Assembly: GCF_036321535.1 (NCBI RefSeq)
Contig: NC_087437.1
Span: forward strand, 40,550,001-40,614,000
Origin: Camelus dromedarius
Taxonomy: Eukaryota
Reading direction: 5' to 3'
DNA length: 64,000 nucleotides
A program made the translations under genes and the position numbers. Shown one piece after another: positions 25,300 to 39,322 of the stretch. A model generated the notes under the pieces. The model made no database searches and had not been told where the DNA came from. It saw nothing but the letters and a program-made list of their open reading frames with translations. Each line of letters opens with the position of its first letter. Positions within the stretch are counted from its first letter, which is position 1.

Positions 25300-25640
25300 A
25301 GTATTACTTAGGGTAAGCTACGCTGCTCTAACAGGCAGACCCATATGGAAATGGAAGTTTATTTCTTCCTATCCTAATAGTTCAGGACAGATGCTCTGGG
25401 TCTGGAGCTGGGAGGATGGGGCTCTGTTTCCCATTGATATTCAAGGCACCAGGCTAATGGGGGCCCTGCCATCTTCAAACCATAGGAAGGGGAAAAGCTG
25501 GAGGGCACATTTGGAGGGGTCATTAGGGCCCAGGCCTGCAGGTGACTTGTCTCACATAGGCTCCTGTTGCTTTGGCCAGAACTCAGTCCGATGGCCTTTC
25601 CTAAAGCACCAGGAAGGTGCGGGGAGTAGATCTACATGGG
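25300..25640 (-). mobile_element. Old MaLR LTR (MLT1K-like)
   Basis: gctacgctgctctaaca...gaagtttatttct...ttggccagaactcagtc; family by recall. Confidence 0.55.
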
Positions 25641-28600
25641 CTGCCAGCCGCCTCCACCACGCTGAGGCGGGGTTTCTTTCAGGCTGAGTTGCATCAGATG
25701 AGTAGCCCTGAACTGACTCTTGGACAGGCATCGGCATAGGTTTCAGATGGAGAAGGATCAAGTAGGGAGTCGTGAACTGTTACTCAGGGGGTCACCAGCA
25801 CTGGCACAGCCCCTTTTGGTCCCTGGTGGCTGCATCGGCTGCGTCCCGCTTTGACTTCCCTCTTCAGTCCTTGGATCAGCTGGACTTCAGCCCCTTCCTT
25901 TGCTCACCTCCTGCCTCCTGCTTCCAGTCAGTGTGGCCTCAGGCTCATGGTCACTCCTTGCTACCGGGATCCACCGACTGAGTTTCCTGGTCCCTTGTTC
26001 AGCGGCCCACTGGACAGCTTGTCTTTGGGCTCACATGTCCTGGAAGTCCCCTTCTGTTCCCCCTAATGTAAACAATGGCACCAGGGTTCTGAACCCATGT
26101 CCAGATGCCCCATCCTCTGCCACTGCCTTTTATGGCTTCCCCCTGGCTTTGACACTTTGGGTTCCTCTTTTGTTTCTCTCACCTCTGCGTGACCCCCCTG
26201 ACTGACTGTGGGGTTGGCCTTCTTGAAGCTATCACTTTCACACTTGAAGACACTCAGCTTTTTGCTCCCTCAAACTCCAGACTGTGTTAGGGGACTTCTT
26301 CTGTCCGTGAGGTGCTCCATAGCTAGAAACCATCTGTGGCCTAGGCAGTTCAGGGACATAGGGACATCAATTACACTCAGGAAGAATCCTTCACTTGTCA
26401 TTTATTGTGTCAACAGCTTAATCATGGTGGAGTTTTTTTTACATAGGCGATCTACCACTTCCTTCCCCATCTAAGTTGGAAACCCTTGGTCTATATTTAA
26501 TGAGTATCTTGTTAAGTCCTAAGCATTGTGGCTCGTATGTACTTCTTTGTTTACACCACTGCACCTAACACAGGCGAAGCACTCACTAAATACTATTAAT
26601 ACTAGTTTCTTTCTTATCCATTTATTATTTTAAGGGAAACTCTTTCTATAGTGAAGATTTAAATGATTTAAAACATTGACTACTCAGTCCTCAAAATGAA
26701 TATTACAAGTGAAGCAATGATAGAAATGGCTGAACATATAGCACTACTGACAAAGATTATATAAAATTCTAAAGAGTAAGGCCATTTAAAGACTATAAGC
26801 ACTAGAAAGGGGTAAAGGTAAACATTTACTATACCATTCTGAAGCTTGCTTTGTCATTGTACTTATAATGTGGTCTGGCTGTGTTTTTAACAGTATTATA
26901 ACTACATTTGGAAATGAGGATCTGTCTTGATAAAAATATGGAAACTATAAAGAGAAATATTATGTATGCAGCCTAAAGTTGGCTTGACCAAGAAATTCAT
27001 CAGAGATTCATTTATAGCTTTTGGCTAAGTGGACCTGGAGACGGAATTGTAGAATATGGACCAACAGTCCAGATTTGAAGAGGGAGGTCTGCTAGGTTGG
27101 AAACAAATTCTTCTTTATAGAATCCAAGTCATTTGAAATGAGGGAGAAGACTGATGGCTGGTTTAAAAGGCAATGTTTGACTGAAGCCTGCCTGCTGTAC
27201 CCATAGCTACCTGCCCACCAGAATGTGGCTCCCTGGTGACAGCTGCACTAATTATAGAAAAACAAGTTGAGTAGAAAATGAATTATGTAAATTTACATTG
27301 ACTGAAGATCCTGTTGGAGCCATTAGGAATTTTGATTAATAAAAATAAACCTAGGATTTTCTTACATAGAAAAGTAACTAAAAGATGAAGGATAATTTGC
27401 TACCATCTTGGAATGAAGTCTGGATCAGCCAAAACAACATTTATTAACATATTTTTTATTTCTTAGTTTATTCATTATATTACATATAAGTACATGTCAT
27501 TGCATGTTTATCACTTATTACTGTAAATTACTTGCTGGTAACAGCCATTTTGTGAATTTGGAAAGAAGTATAAAGTGTGTTTTAGGCTGCGAGTTTATAT
27601 TTTTATTTTTTGTTTTTTAAGTAATAATGAAAGTTACCCCCACATATTCATGGTTTTCATAAACCCTCGCTGTTAAAAGAAAAGACTGCAACTTTCTCTG
27701 CTCCATTTCAAGCAGTTTTCTCATTCTAAAATATAAACCTAGCTTAAAAGCTGAGGATTAGAAACCAATCAAGAATGGTAAGCCACTCAGTCTTCTAAAA
27801 GAAAACGTATTTTGTTCGTGTTCAAAGACGAGCCATTGAAACCAATACCCTGATAAAAATGCTTAACATGATTCTTTACACATTTAGAAATTTGATAAAC
27901 TCAAGTTTAGTGAATATAACAAAAGTAAATGAAACTGGTATTTAAAATTTTTTCTTAGTGAAACGTTACTCAACACTTAATTTAATATGCTGTAATTTTA
28001 AATGAATCTTTTTTTCTACTCAGACAACGGTTGGAAATGCAGCTTAAATTGTTTCAGTCGCCCACTCACTGAACAAAAAAAAAAAAATGACTTATTACTT
28101 GCTACATATCAGGAAGGTGAAGGGTCTGCCACCCAGGCAGCACAATTCACAGGGAAGGTTCTGTTCTCACTCCGCATCATCATAGCGTTTTGACTAAGTG
28201 GGGAAAGCACTGTTACATCAGGATCAGAAAACCGTGTGAATGCAAAATGTGCTGTGTTTATTGCCACTCTTAATTTCCAAGTATGTATACTTTAATAATC
28301 TACAGTTCAGGGAAGAATATCCAAGCCTTTTCTCAAAGGCAGATCTCTCATGATTTGCATTACACCGGAAAACCCTGTGCAGACAAAGGACAGCTCGAGG
28401 ATACCCGAGTGTTCATATTTAGCACTGACACAGCACTTTCATCTTTAGCATGCCTTACAAACATTAACTAATTAAGAGGAACAACACTCCTGCAAGGTAT
28501 TTAGCAGGATGCAAAAATGAAAATACAAGCAAGACAGCCAGGATGCATAAATCATGGTGTTAAATCAACATGACCTGAAAACCAGCAGGACTCCCTCCCC

Positions 28601-29449
28601 CTTTCTTTCCATTACTGTCTTTGGGGAAAGGCAAGAAGTTACTTTATGCCAAGTGATGAGGGTGGGGGGTAGCATGGAGGAGGGTGATTCTGGGTGGGGG
28701 GACTGTGATAAAGTTCTAAGTATCACATTTACAAAGGGGAATGTTCTACTAGCTTAGAGAAGGGAAAGGGGCTTCAAGAATACAATCCTTTTAGAAGTAC
28801 CCCAGAGAATCGAAAATCAGTACAGTATTTAATTAATCCACTGCAGATTGACTTCACATAAAGGAGTCCCAACGAGGAAAGTATCATGCTGGGAAATCTG
28901 ACAGCACACAGCTGGAGAGTCTAAGAAGGCAGTAGAGTGGCCTGGGATATAATCCGTATTTTTCGTTCTTTCAGGGGGAGGGCATTGTGACTGCCCCAGG
29001 GTCTGACTTTAGGCTTTCTTCACCTGTGCTATGAAAGTGGTCTCAACAGGTAACAGCATTACTCAATAGTGAGTGGAATCATTTCAGTAGCTTTCAAAGG
29101 AAGGAACAGAGTGTCCTTCAGAAGAATCTGCATTTAGGGCTTTGGATAAGAAGACTGGGATTCTAACTAGTTCTGTAACCCAAGTCTGTATTTCTTCGTC
29201 TTTACATGGTTTAATAATTTCTATCTCAAAGAGATGCTGGAAAATGAAGTGAAATAGATGTAAAAGTGGTTAAGTGCAGAGTAGGTGCTCAGTGAACTAT
29301 ATCTTCTCTTCTCCTACTTCCTGGGGTGTGCAGCAGCTATGAGGCAGGTATGGTCCTGTCTTAACCTCGGGAGGTCTTCTCCACCATCAGTAGAAGCAGT
29401 TCCAGAGTCAGGACGCATATCAGATGCCCTCTAAGACCCCTGAGTTGCA

Positions 29450-29758
29450 GATGTGAGCTATGTGTATTAGGGACCACTTGCAGTGTGGCTAGTCGGAGTG
29501 ATGAGCTGTCCCTCTAGACTACATGCCAGATTTTGAAGACTTAGTAAAAGAAGAAGAGTGTAGAATACTTTATTAATACTTTTAATATTTATTAAATGTT
29601 GAAATGAGAATATTTTGGATATACTGGGTTAAATAAAATACATTAAAATTAATTCTACCTCTTTTTATTTCTTCAGATTGTGGCTATGGAAGACAAAATT
29701 ACATATGCAGCTCACCTTTGTGGTTCACGCTATGCTTCTATTGGACAGGGTTGCCCTA
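29450..29758. mobile_element. MER33-like hAT-Charlie element
   Basis: gtggctagt...gattttgaagacttagtaaaa...tctattggacagggttgccctaga. Confidence 0.7.
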
Positions 29759-31097
29759 GAACATAGCTCTCAAATATCTTAGATTACACACTTCATCAAT
29801 GAAAAAAAAAAAGTTTGAGAATGTATCCTTCAAATATATGAATTTCTAACTTGCAATTATACTTTATATACATTAGAGACATACAAAAGTAGAAAGCAAA
29901 CAAGTGAACAGAAGTCCTGGTATCTTCTTCCCACACCCTGATGCTCACATGTGTGCCTCTAGGTTGTGCACAGGCCCTTTGGAAATGGCTATTTTAGAAC
30001 TGGCTCTTAATGAGGCAAAGGACCCATTTGTCACACTCCTTTGGGGAGTAGGGGAACTGGGTGATTATAAATTGGAGAGAAACAAAATTATGATAAAAAT
30101 TGTAACAATACACAGATTGCACAAGTACAACCAAAATAAAATATTACAAATGTAACAACACGAGTAAGAAAAAAATGCCAACGGTAGGCTCCCCTCAGTT
30201 GCAGCTGCAGAATTCTTCTGGGGCGGGGCGGCAAATGAGGAGGGGCCAAGTGAGAGGCGATGAGATCTAGCCAGAAGCTCTCTCCGAGTAGACCTTTACA
30301 GAAGAATGGGAAGATGTTAATTGTCTGAATGGAAGATAATGGAGGTGAGACGGGGTGCCCTAGGTGTTGCTTAGTAACTTCTCTTCTCATTTCCCCCCTA
30401 CAGGAAAGAGAAGCAGACCCTGGATTTCTAAAAGGTCACTGAGAGGAGGGAAAGGGAAGTGCTGGGAAGGAGGGGAGTGGAGAAGGAGCTGGTGCTTATG
30501 TTTTCAGGTTCTCTGAGCAGAGGCGTGGAGTTCCACTCCATGTAGGGCCCCACAAGGCAACAAGGCCTCTCTGATGAGGAGTGTTGGGAGATGCTAAGAT
30601 TTGAGGGCAGCAGTGAAAGACTCTTCTGCTGGAGTTTGGCCCAAGATCCAAAGAGATTATGGACTTGAGAGAGGCATTGGGACCTATGTGTGCTGGAGAC
30701 CAGAGGACCTGCCCCATGTATCCTAGAATACAGGGGAACATCTCAGACTCCTGGATGACCTTCGGGGTGGGGAGAACCCCAAATCATGACTGAAATTAAC
30801 TTCCTGGCTGCAGAATTATATGAATTAGAGGTACATAGAAATATGACAAGTTGTTAATGAAAAAAGTCATAATTAGTAAATGTGCATAGTTCCATAATTT
30901 AAAATGTCAAATAAAAGTCCCTTGTCCCACCTCCGCACTCCAGATTCCCACTTCCCAGGAATAACCACCTTCAACCTTTTTAGCTGTTTTTTCTCACTCT
31001 TCCCTCCGTAATTCTAAAGAAGGCATTTCTGGAGTTTTTGAGTTTTATACATTGTCTAGGGATTTCTTACCATGGAGGATGAAAATTCAACTCTTTT

Positions 31098-31117
31098 ACA
31101 CACACACACACACACAC
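31098..31117 (+). repeat. (AC)10 microsatellite
   Basis: Read directly from the sequence. Confidence 0.95.
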
Positions 31118-31899
31118 TACCTCCCCTCTCTCCTCTCAATACAATTATATCACAATTTCATAATTTTGGCTATTAATAAAGTATATTTACATTAGTGTAA
31201 CAATGACAATATTATTCACAAGAGTCAGGTAATATAATTTCCTTTCTTGAATAACTTTTTGTTTTTTCTAAAGTTAATATGTACCTTAGAAAAACTTGGC
31301 TTAGTTTTCTATTTACCTATCCATCACTCATTCATCCTCGGACTTTCTCTCCACACAGTAAGGCGCTCTCACTGTGTTCAGACATTAGGAAGTGTGTCAT
31401 TTTTCCGACCGTCCTCATCCTCCTGCGTTAATCTGGGCCGGAACGTGCTTGTCATCATGGGGCTTCCTTTCACCGTCAGTCTCACATTTCCCTTCGCCCT
31501 CATTTCTTGAATTTTTGTGTTCTTGTGGGTTTGTGCTTACTTTATTCATTTACCTCACTTTTAATGAGGGTTCAGGAAGATGCAGATGTTATTTTTTTCA
31601 AGAGTGCCGCTTATCAGGTGGTAGGAATGTGACATTTCCCAACTTCAGTCCTGTAGAGTAAAAGTCATGGCAGCCCCACAGGAATAGCAGAATCTGAAAA
31701 CCCCGACCAGTGCAACACCAACAACACATTGAGAAGTTCCTCCTCACAACTGGAGCTGCCTCCCACCATCTGCCTGACAGTCGGACTTCACAGCAGCATG
31801 TAACGTCCTCTGAAACTCTAGTAACACACCAATTTGGGGCTATAAATACCACATTATATAACTCATAACAAACCACTTTGTAAGTTCTGGAAAGTAGCT

Positions 31900-32895
31900 C
31901 TTAGTCATATGGGAAAGAAAAGGTTTGTATGATCATGGGTCACTCATCTCTCAGAACCAAGCAGCTCGTATGGCCAAAAGTGAAACACTTTGAGCAAAAC
32001 ATAAAACAGGCTAAAAACTGATGCGTTCCTATGGACACAAAAAATTAAAATCAAGAAAACTCCTTGGCCATCTTTGGAAGATGCTTCTTATTCTGAAAAC
32101 TAATAAAGAAATAAATAAATAAAATAAATAAAAGGAAAGACTCAAACAGCCTGCCTTTCCTGAAAAAACAAAACAAAACCACACTTCAGGTTGACCAATA
32201 AATACAAGAGAGTTCTTCTTCTTAAAAAATATTCCTCATTAATAAATAAGTGTAACCCCTAATGAAATAATGGATCCAGGCAATGATCATCAGTGGTTAC
32301 TGAAACCATTTGCTGAAAACTGACGGGGAACTTTATAATAGATGGATCAGGCTGACAGCATCTGGAAACACTGATCAACCTTAATACTACAAAAAAGAGA
32401 GGCAACAGACATTATGTGCCTCACGTGATATAAACAGGAAGTGCACAACACTGCCAATAAGATATTCTTGCCAACAAATTAAAGACAATGTGATTAAGCT
32501 GCTAGATTTTACTCCCACTGTAACAGAAAACAGAGGGAGCAAGAACATGTTAAATTGACGTTACAGGGATGCAGTTAACAAAATCATCAAAAATCAGAAT
32601 ATAGGATATTTCTATAGGATAAATGGCACAGTTTCTTCCACAAATAAATGGCAAGGGGAAAAGGAGCACCTATATAATTCAGAGACTCAAGAAACATGCC
32701 CAAGTATAGTATGTGGCTCTTGATTTAAACATACCAACTATAAAAACAAAGCAAACAAAACTTTATGAAACAATCAGGGACCTGTGAACACTGAGTAGAT
32801 ATTTGATGATATTAAGGGATTGCTGTTAATTGTTTAAGGTACAACTCTGGTATTGTGATTGTTTGAAAAGGACTTCTTGTTTAGAGATACACAAC
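31900..32895 (+). mobile_element. Old L1ME-type 3'UTR fragment
   Basis: A-rich; atggatcaggctgacagca...atatttgatgatattaagggattgctgttaatt...ttagagatacac. Confidence 0.6.
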
Positions 32896-33796
32896 CAAAG
32901 CAAAGAGAATCTCCTATTGCCTGCCTGCCTTCTCCCACAAACTGTTATTCCATAGGGTTGGTTCCCTTTACAACAGAGTCAGAAAGCTAGTGTAGGCGCC
33001 CAGGCCCCCTCTGGCTTGCCGCAGAGCCTGCCCTCCGTGGGCCCTTGGAGTCAGAGCCAAGGAAGGTCTAGGGGAGCCCGCCACCGTGAGTCGTAGTAGT
33101 TGCTGAGTGTGAAAATGTGTGTGCCAGGGCCAGCAGCAGAGAGTGCCAGGGCCATGGTAAATCAGGGAGCACAGGTGCTATCTGAAGGCATTCAAGTTCA
33201 ATAATAGGTGGGGAGAGAGAGAGAATGAATCAACACAGGAGGCCAAAGAGCATAGGTCTTGGCTCTATATCCTTCAGCTAAATTCATGAGTCCTGCAACA
33301 GACCTAAACTATGCTTGAAATGAATATAGACTTTTTTTTGGAAATACAACTTTTGGCCACATCCACCTCTTTGACAATCAGTAGAGAAATCCTGCACCTA
33401 GTCATAGTGGATTAAAGACTATTATGCTTATCAAACTGACAAAGCAAGGATTGGTAGGAAATGCACTACCAGGAAAAGGCAGTCCCTTGGGGAGCCTGTC
33501 TGTGTTGATTTAATGATAAGCATCTGTACACCAAGGGTGTCAGCCAGACAGGAAATCCACCCTGATGGAGAGTCAGAAGTGCCCCAGTTGGAATGACAGG
33601 CTGTGGCCACACTGGTTCCAAAGGGCATCCTTACATACACAGGCAAAGGGCATATCTCACTTTGCAGTCACCAGAGACTTTCCTGGGCACTGAAAGAAAG
33701 TAAAGGGACGGGGACTAAGGGCCTAAGGGGCAGAAAACCTACTTCTTTTCTCCGGGTGATCAGTTGATTTTTATTCAATTTAAAAATAAGTCTGTA

Positions 33797-33920
33797 GGGA
33801 AGGGTATAGCTCAGTGGTAGAACGTGTGCTTCGCATGCACAAGGTCCTGGGTTCAATCCCCAGTACTTCTGTTAAAAATAAATAAATAAACAGAATTATC
33901 ACCCTCCTCAAAAAACAACA
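33797..33920 (+). mobile_element. tRNA-derived SINE (camelid Vic-1-like)
   Basis: GGGAAGGGTATAGCTCAGTGGTAGAACG...GGTTCAATCCCCAGTAC with intact A and B boxes, (AAAT)n tail, TSD aagtctg at 33788 and 33921. Confidence 0.85.
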
Positions 33921-36900
33921 AAGTCTGAGATTCTTCCTAAATACTAGAAAAATATCAGAATGTGGTAGAGACTCTTAAAAGAAAAACAACAGGATTTTTT
34001 ATGTATTTCAGGATCTTGCTGAAAATCTTAATTTATTTAATGGGTTAGCAGGAAGGCTGACTGTATCAACTTCTGCACAGTCAAGAACAAAGGCTTCTTG
34101 AGAGTACCATGTAAAGGAACCAAATCAAGCCCTGTGGGGGATACAGACATGAGTAAGATGAGGTTCCTGACCTGCCAGATTTTACAATATAGGTGAAAAA
34201 TCAGAGCTCATAAAGTTACATTGTAAGCATAATGTGGTAAATGTATATGACTGTGAAATTAGAGAAGGCTGAGATGGACAGGCACAGCTTCACAAAGGAT
34301 CTGAGGACTGAGTCTAGCTTTGAAGGGTGGCCCGAATTTCAGCAGGTGTTAAAGGGAGAGAGAGCCTTTCTCCTAGCTAATACCACCATGGTATACTAGA
34401 TGTTGCCAGGGCCTGCGTGTCTACATTCCTTACAAAGAAGCCGCCTTGTCCAAAGGCTCTTGCAGGCAGTCATGTTTTAACACCCACGACCCCCTATTCC
34501 AGGTTAGGTAAGAGGAGGTTACCTGACCCAGGACTGTCACTCCCAGGTGTGGCCTGACTAGCACAGCCTGGCTTAGAAAGACATTCTGAGCCCATGAAAG
34601 TCTTCTTCTTGATAATTTAAATGTAAGCACATGAAAGAGCTCAAGTGAAATGATGCCATGTGTAAGTCAAAGTTATGAAGGAGAGAAGGTGGTACCAGGC
34701 TTCCTAGGAGTCTGAGGACTCTCTGGTTCCAGTAAAAGGTCCCCTTTATAATCCTCTACCTCTAAGTGACTTGAAGTAAGTGGAATGGACAACTCTTCTT
34801 TAACCAAATCATTGATTAAATTATATGGACAAGATGAATGGACATAGGAACTCGGTTTTTTTCTCTTTTAGCTCCGAGACTCTCTTGGTACAAATGCCTT
34901 GAATTGTAGTTGTAAGGTGGATGTTGCCCGACATTTGTATGTGACAGGAATCAACAAATGGCATAAGTTAGCCAGAACTTCCAGTTTCTCTTTGTTTTAC
35001 CTCCAACTTCTTTCTCACCCGCCCTCCTTCCTTGTGTCATGGATGAAATGAGAGCAATGAGAAAGTAAAGGTGGGAGATAAAATCAAACTAGGTGTAGAG
35101 TCAACACACAACTAGCTGGATATAGCCTACAGATTTGCTTCTGACCTTCCAAAGAGCTGGGTAGAAACATGGTTAATAATGACCTTTTTAGTATTTTGTG
35201 AGACAGAAGCGAAACAGTTAAAGCCCAACAGAAATTTCTCTCACGGGTCCTCGTAAAGAGAAAGCCACATTATCCTCAACCAACAAATGACAGGTGGCTC
35301 TTTCTTAGAAAATTCATTATGCAAATGGAGAACATAATACCAAAATCCTACTAAGGAGGGGAACGCTGCTGGTTTTAAGTATGAACATTTTGGTTGGCTG
35401 ATTTGATCCAAGGGAAAAAAAAATCTAAGGGGGAGAAAACATAACAAGCTTAAGAAGAGTGGATGGCCTTTCACTCCACTAGGTAGAGTTTGGTGTGTTT
35501 TGATAAGAATTAAAGGGCAGAGAGGTTACATCTTGAAGGGTAGAAATTGGATACAGCTGATAACAGCAGATGCATATTTCTAATATTTTGATATGTCAAC
35601 AATCAACAGAGCAGGTGTTAGAGTTGGCATTGTTTTCTGGAAGCAAGAGGCAAACCTGGAGAGGAGATACTAGAAGATCTCCCAGTTTAGGTAGAGGACT
35701 CACTGAATGTCACACATTGAGGACACACACTGAGGAGATGTGGGGCTACTGCTGGGGTCATAGAGGCCTGTGGGAGACTGGACTCATTTCCTATTTATTT
35801 TGTCCTACTGTGATCTCTGTGGTGTATACTTTATGGAGGGCCTGAGGCTAGGCTACATCATTGTGGATGAATTGTTTACAAATAAATAATTCTGTAACAT
35901 TTATTGGCAAGTTGTTCTTCATTTTCCTAAAATTATGCTAATTCAGTATTTATCTATTTTCAAATGCGTAAAACATACCGAATGCCTGGCACTTGTCCAT
36001 CCAGGAGAAAGAGACTAAAGCACATGAGGAAAATATTATATAGAGCTTTTTTCACAATCTGATTTATTTTAAAAATCAACAAAGTGGCTAATGGAACTTT
36101 AGGGCAGTAATTTCACATTTGTATTAACTTTTAATGAGCCCATGTGGTTTCTTTAAAATCTGTATTACCTGTATAAAGAAAACCTATTCATTGGCAATCC
36201 AGTCTCTGATTTTGGTAACAGAGCCAATATTCAGAGCCCACAGAGGCCAATTCTAGTGAGCTTTAAAATCCAAGATATTTAACTTTATGATTATAAGACT
36301 TTATAATCAACACTTATTTCCCATGCTGTCAGTTAGAAGAATATGTCAACCATATTGTAACTGTAACTAATAATAGTAACTACTGTAACTAATTTAACTA
36401 GTAAATGATTGAAATATTAATGGATAAAACAACAGGGTTGTTAATATTTTTCTCAGGAAAATAACTTTTATACTTATATTAGGCATATTTGCAAATACCC
36501 ATTTTACTGCCTGAGGTTTTAATATATAAGTTTATAATTTATGTATAAAGAAAAATGTATATGTCCATTCTAATTGGCTAATTCTATATTTTTTCTGTTG
36601 AATTGTAAAAGGAAAATATCTAATTGGCCTAATTAATTAGGCCTCTGGGCGGGGCTTTTTGGGTCAGGCTAAGTCTAGGTTGTTGGCCAGCCTATGGTTC
36701 AGATCCCCACTCCTGATCCATTCAGTGATCACCCTTTGCTAGAAAAATCTGAAGCCACACAGCAAGGGACTGTGAGCAGGATGGATTCTGATATGGAAGG
36801 ATAGAGGAGGTGCATGCATTATGATTGATGTGTTTCATGTTAGAGGTTTCCAATCTTTCTGTATTGTAAGCTACACTGATACAAATCCTTGTTATACATC

Positions 36901-37577
36901 TTTCTGCATTTGTCCACTAACTTTGTTAGGATAAATTTTCAGAAGAGTAACTGTTGACTCAAAGGGTATACAAATTTTTAATTTTTCTACCTATCCTGCC
37001 ATATTTTTACCATTATATTTCTCTTGATCTCTTAATATTTTACTTACTGAACACCAAGAATATAATACTAACTTCCTCTCTCCATGTGTGTAAACCTATA
37101 AGACATAAAAGTTTCATTTCTGTAATCAGCTCACAAAAGAGGTTGAGCCTTACAATCTTATTCTTTTTCTTGATTTTCTGTGAAACTGTTTATGGAAGAA
37201 TTTTGATGTTGTTTTGGGAAATATTCATATCTCTAGAATGTTTTTTACTTCAAGAAAAGATTAGGGCAGCTTGACTGCTGCTAGAGAGGCCACAATCCAA
37301 GAAAAAGAGAAAGATAAAATTCCAGGTGCTGTTTTTCACAAAATTTTGCAAATTTTGTAAAAGACTTAAAAAAAACCCAAAAAACCCAAACTGCTCTCAG
37401 GGTGGTGGAACAGCTGACGAAGTTTGGAAAGCCAGGCCTGGCTGTTCTCAGCCATTCTCTCAGGGAAGTCTGCATTTGTACTCTGTCCTGCCTGCCCGAG
37501 GGCTGGTCTGAGGGATGTCCCTAGTCACACTTCAGAGAGAAGAAATCTTCCCTGTGATTTTCTTTATACTTCCCTTG

Positions 37578-37768
37578 GTGTAGAGCTTCTCAAACTGAGA
37601 GGGCAGAGAGGCCCCTGGGAGTTTACTCAAAGTACAGAGTCCTATGCTCCAACCCCTGAGATTCTAAGTTGGTAGTTCTGGGGCCCAAGAATCCATATGT
37701 TTAACAAGTTCTTCAGGTAACTCTGGCACAGGTGCTTGATAAACTGCACTTGGAGAAAAATGGCTCTG
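37578..37768. mobile_element. MER5-like hAT element
   Basis: gcttctcaaactg...ggggcccaagaatccatatgtttaacaag...cacttggagaaaaatgg. Confidence 0.7.
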
Positions 37769-37825
37769 AGGACTTCATGGGGTTTTTTTGGGTGGGAGGA
37801 AATGAAAATTAAAAGGTTTTTTTTC

Positions 37826-38220
37826 CCATAAAAAAGAATAAAATAATGCCATTTGCAGCAACATGGATGGACCTGGAGATGGTCATTCTAAGTGAAGTAA
37901 GCCAGAAAGAGAAAGAAAAATACCATGTCATTCATATGTGGAATCTGAAAAAAAAAAAAAAAGGCACAAATGAACTTTTTACAAAACAGAAACAGACTCA
38001 CAAACATAGAAAACAAACTTATGGTTGCCAATGGGGAAAGTGGGTGGGAAGGGATAAATTGGGAGTTCGAGATTTACGGATACTAACAACTATATATAAA
38101 ATAGACATATAACAAGTTTCTTCTGTATAGCACTATCTTGTAGTAACCTATAATGAAAAAGTATATGAAAATGAATATACGCGTGCATACGTATGACTGA
38201 AACGTTATGCTGTACACCAG
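37826..38220 (+). mobile_element. L1 3' fragment (camelid-type), lacking poly-A end
   Basis: ORF MPFAATWMDLEMVILSEVSQKEKEKYH is the L1 ORF2 C-terminus, followed by 3'UTR. Confidence 0.9.
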
Positions 38221-39127
38221 CTCTTACTGTGCCAGAATCCATTGAGGAGCTCTAGAGTTTCTCCTGATCCTACTTTAGAAATTAGTATTTTGAAGACAAG
38301 CCCCTGGGACAGGTCAGGGAGTATGCGGGGAGGTCATTTGGCTGTCTACCAGAAAAGGGTCAGGCTGATGTTATCTGGGTTAAGTAGAACCTGGCTCTTT
38401 GCCTTGAAGGTTCAGATACTTGATTTTGTCAACAAACAGGGCTGGATCTAGTCTGTAAGCAGGTTCACTTTAACCAAACTCACAGCACTAGGTGCACATG
38501 ACCAACCTGCCACACATTTGTTTATAGTTAGAAAGAAACTGGAATATTTGCATTGCAAGGAACTCTCCGCATGCCAGTGCTTTGGCAAGTCCAATTACAG
38601 TCAGAAGTTTGCTTCCTGGGTAAGATCAGAAGGTCAGAATAAGGGGAGTTCAATACAAGATTTGCTTTCTGGATATCTTGACGCTGGTGCATTCATTGCC
38701 ACAAGTGCGACAGCTTTGCTAGTCTTGCTGACCAGATAGCTTTCTGAGGGATACATTTATTTCAAAGATTTGTTAATGCTATCAGTTAAATTTTAGACCA
38801 GAGAACTAATTTTTTCTCTTCAAAGTGACTTTGCCTCTCTTTGCTTCCCTCTTTCCTTTCTTTGTTCCTTTCTTCCTTTTTGTTTATTTTACAGGTAATT
38901 CTTATTACCCTTTATCCATCTTAATATCCTTTTCCCAAGTTACTGCCTGGAGTGGGAGGTAGGGATGTAGTTTACAATCACTGGGTCAGATCCTTCAGAG
39001 TTGTTCACTAGTGTTGCTGCCCTACTCTCTTTTGATTCCCTACTTTCTTTAATTCTCATCTTAACACTGCAAACCAACTTTTACTATTTGTATCTTGTTA
39101 CAGAAGAAAATCTCTTTTCAATAATTA

Positions 39128-39322
39128 GAGAGCTGTGCTGTCCAACATGGCAGCCACTGGTTACACACAGTGGCTATTTAGATATATTTTTAAAAATTCA
39201 GTTTCCTGGTTGCACCAGCCACATTTCAAGAGCTCAACATTTAACTAAGAGTTCTCTCTTGGACAATACAGATATAGAACATATTCATCACTGCAGAAAG
39301 TTTTACTGTACAGCACTAGTCC
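39128..39322. mobile_element. MER3 hAT-Charlie element
   Basis: gctgtccaacatggcagccact...ccacatttcaagagctcaa...tcactgcagaaagttttactgtacagcac. Confidence 0.75.

Noticed and set aside
33797..33870. tRNA gene-like sequence
   Set aside because: It has an A-rich SINE tail, a TSD and diverged sibling copies in the window; it is a tRNA-derived SINE.
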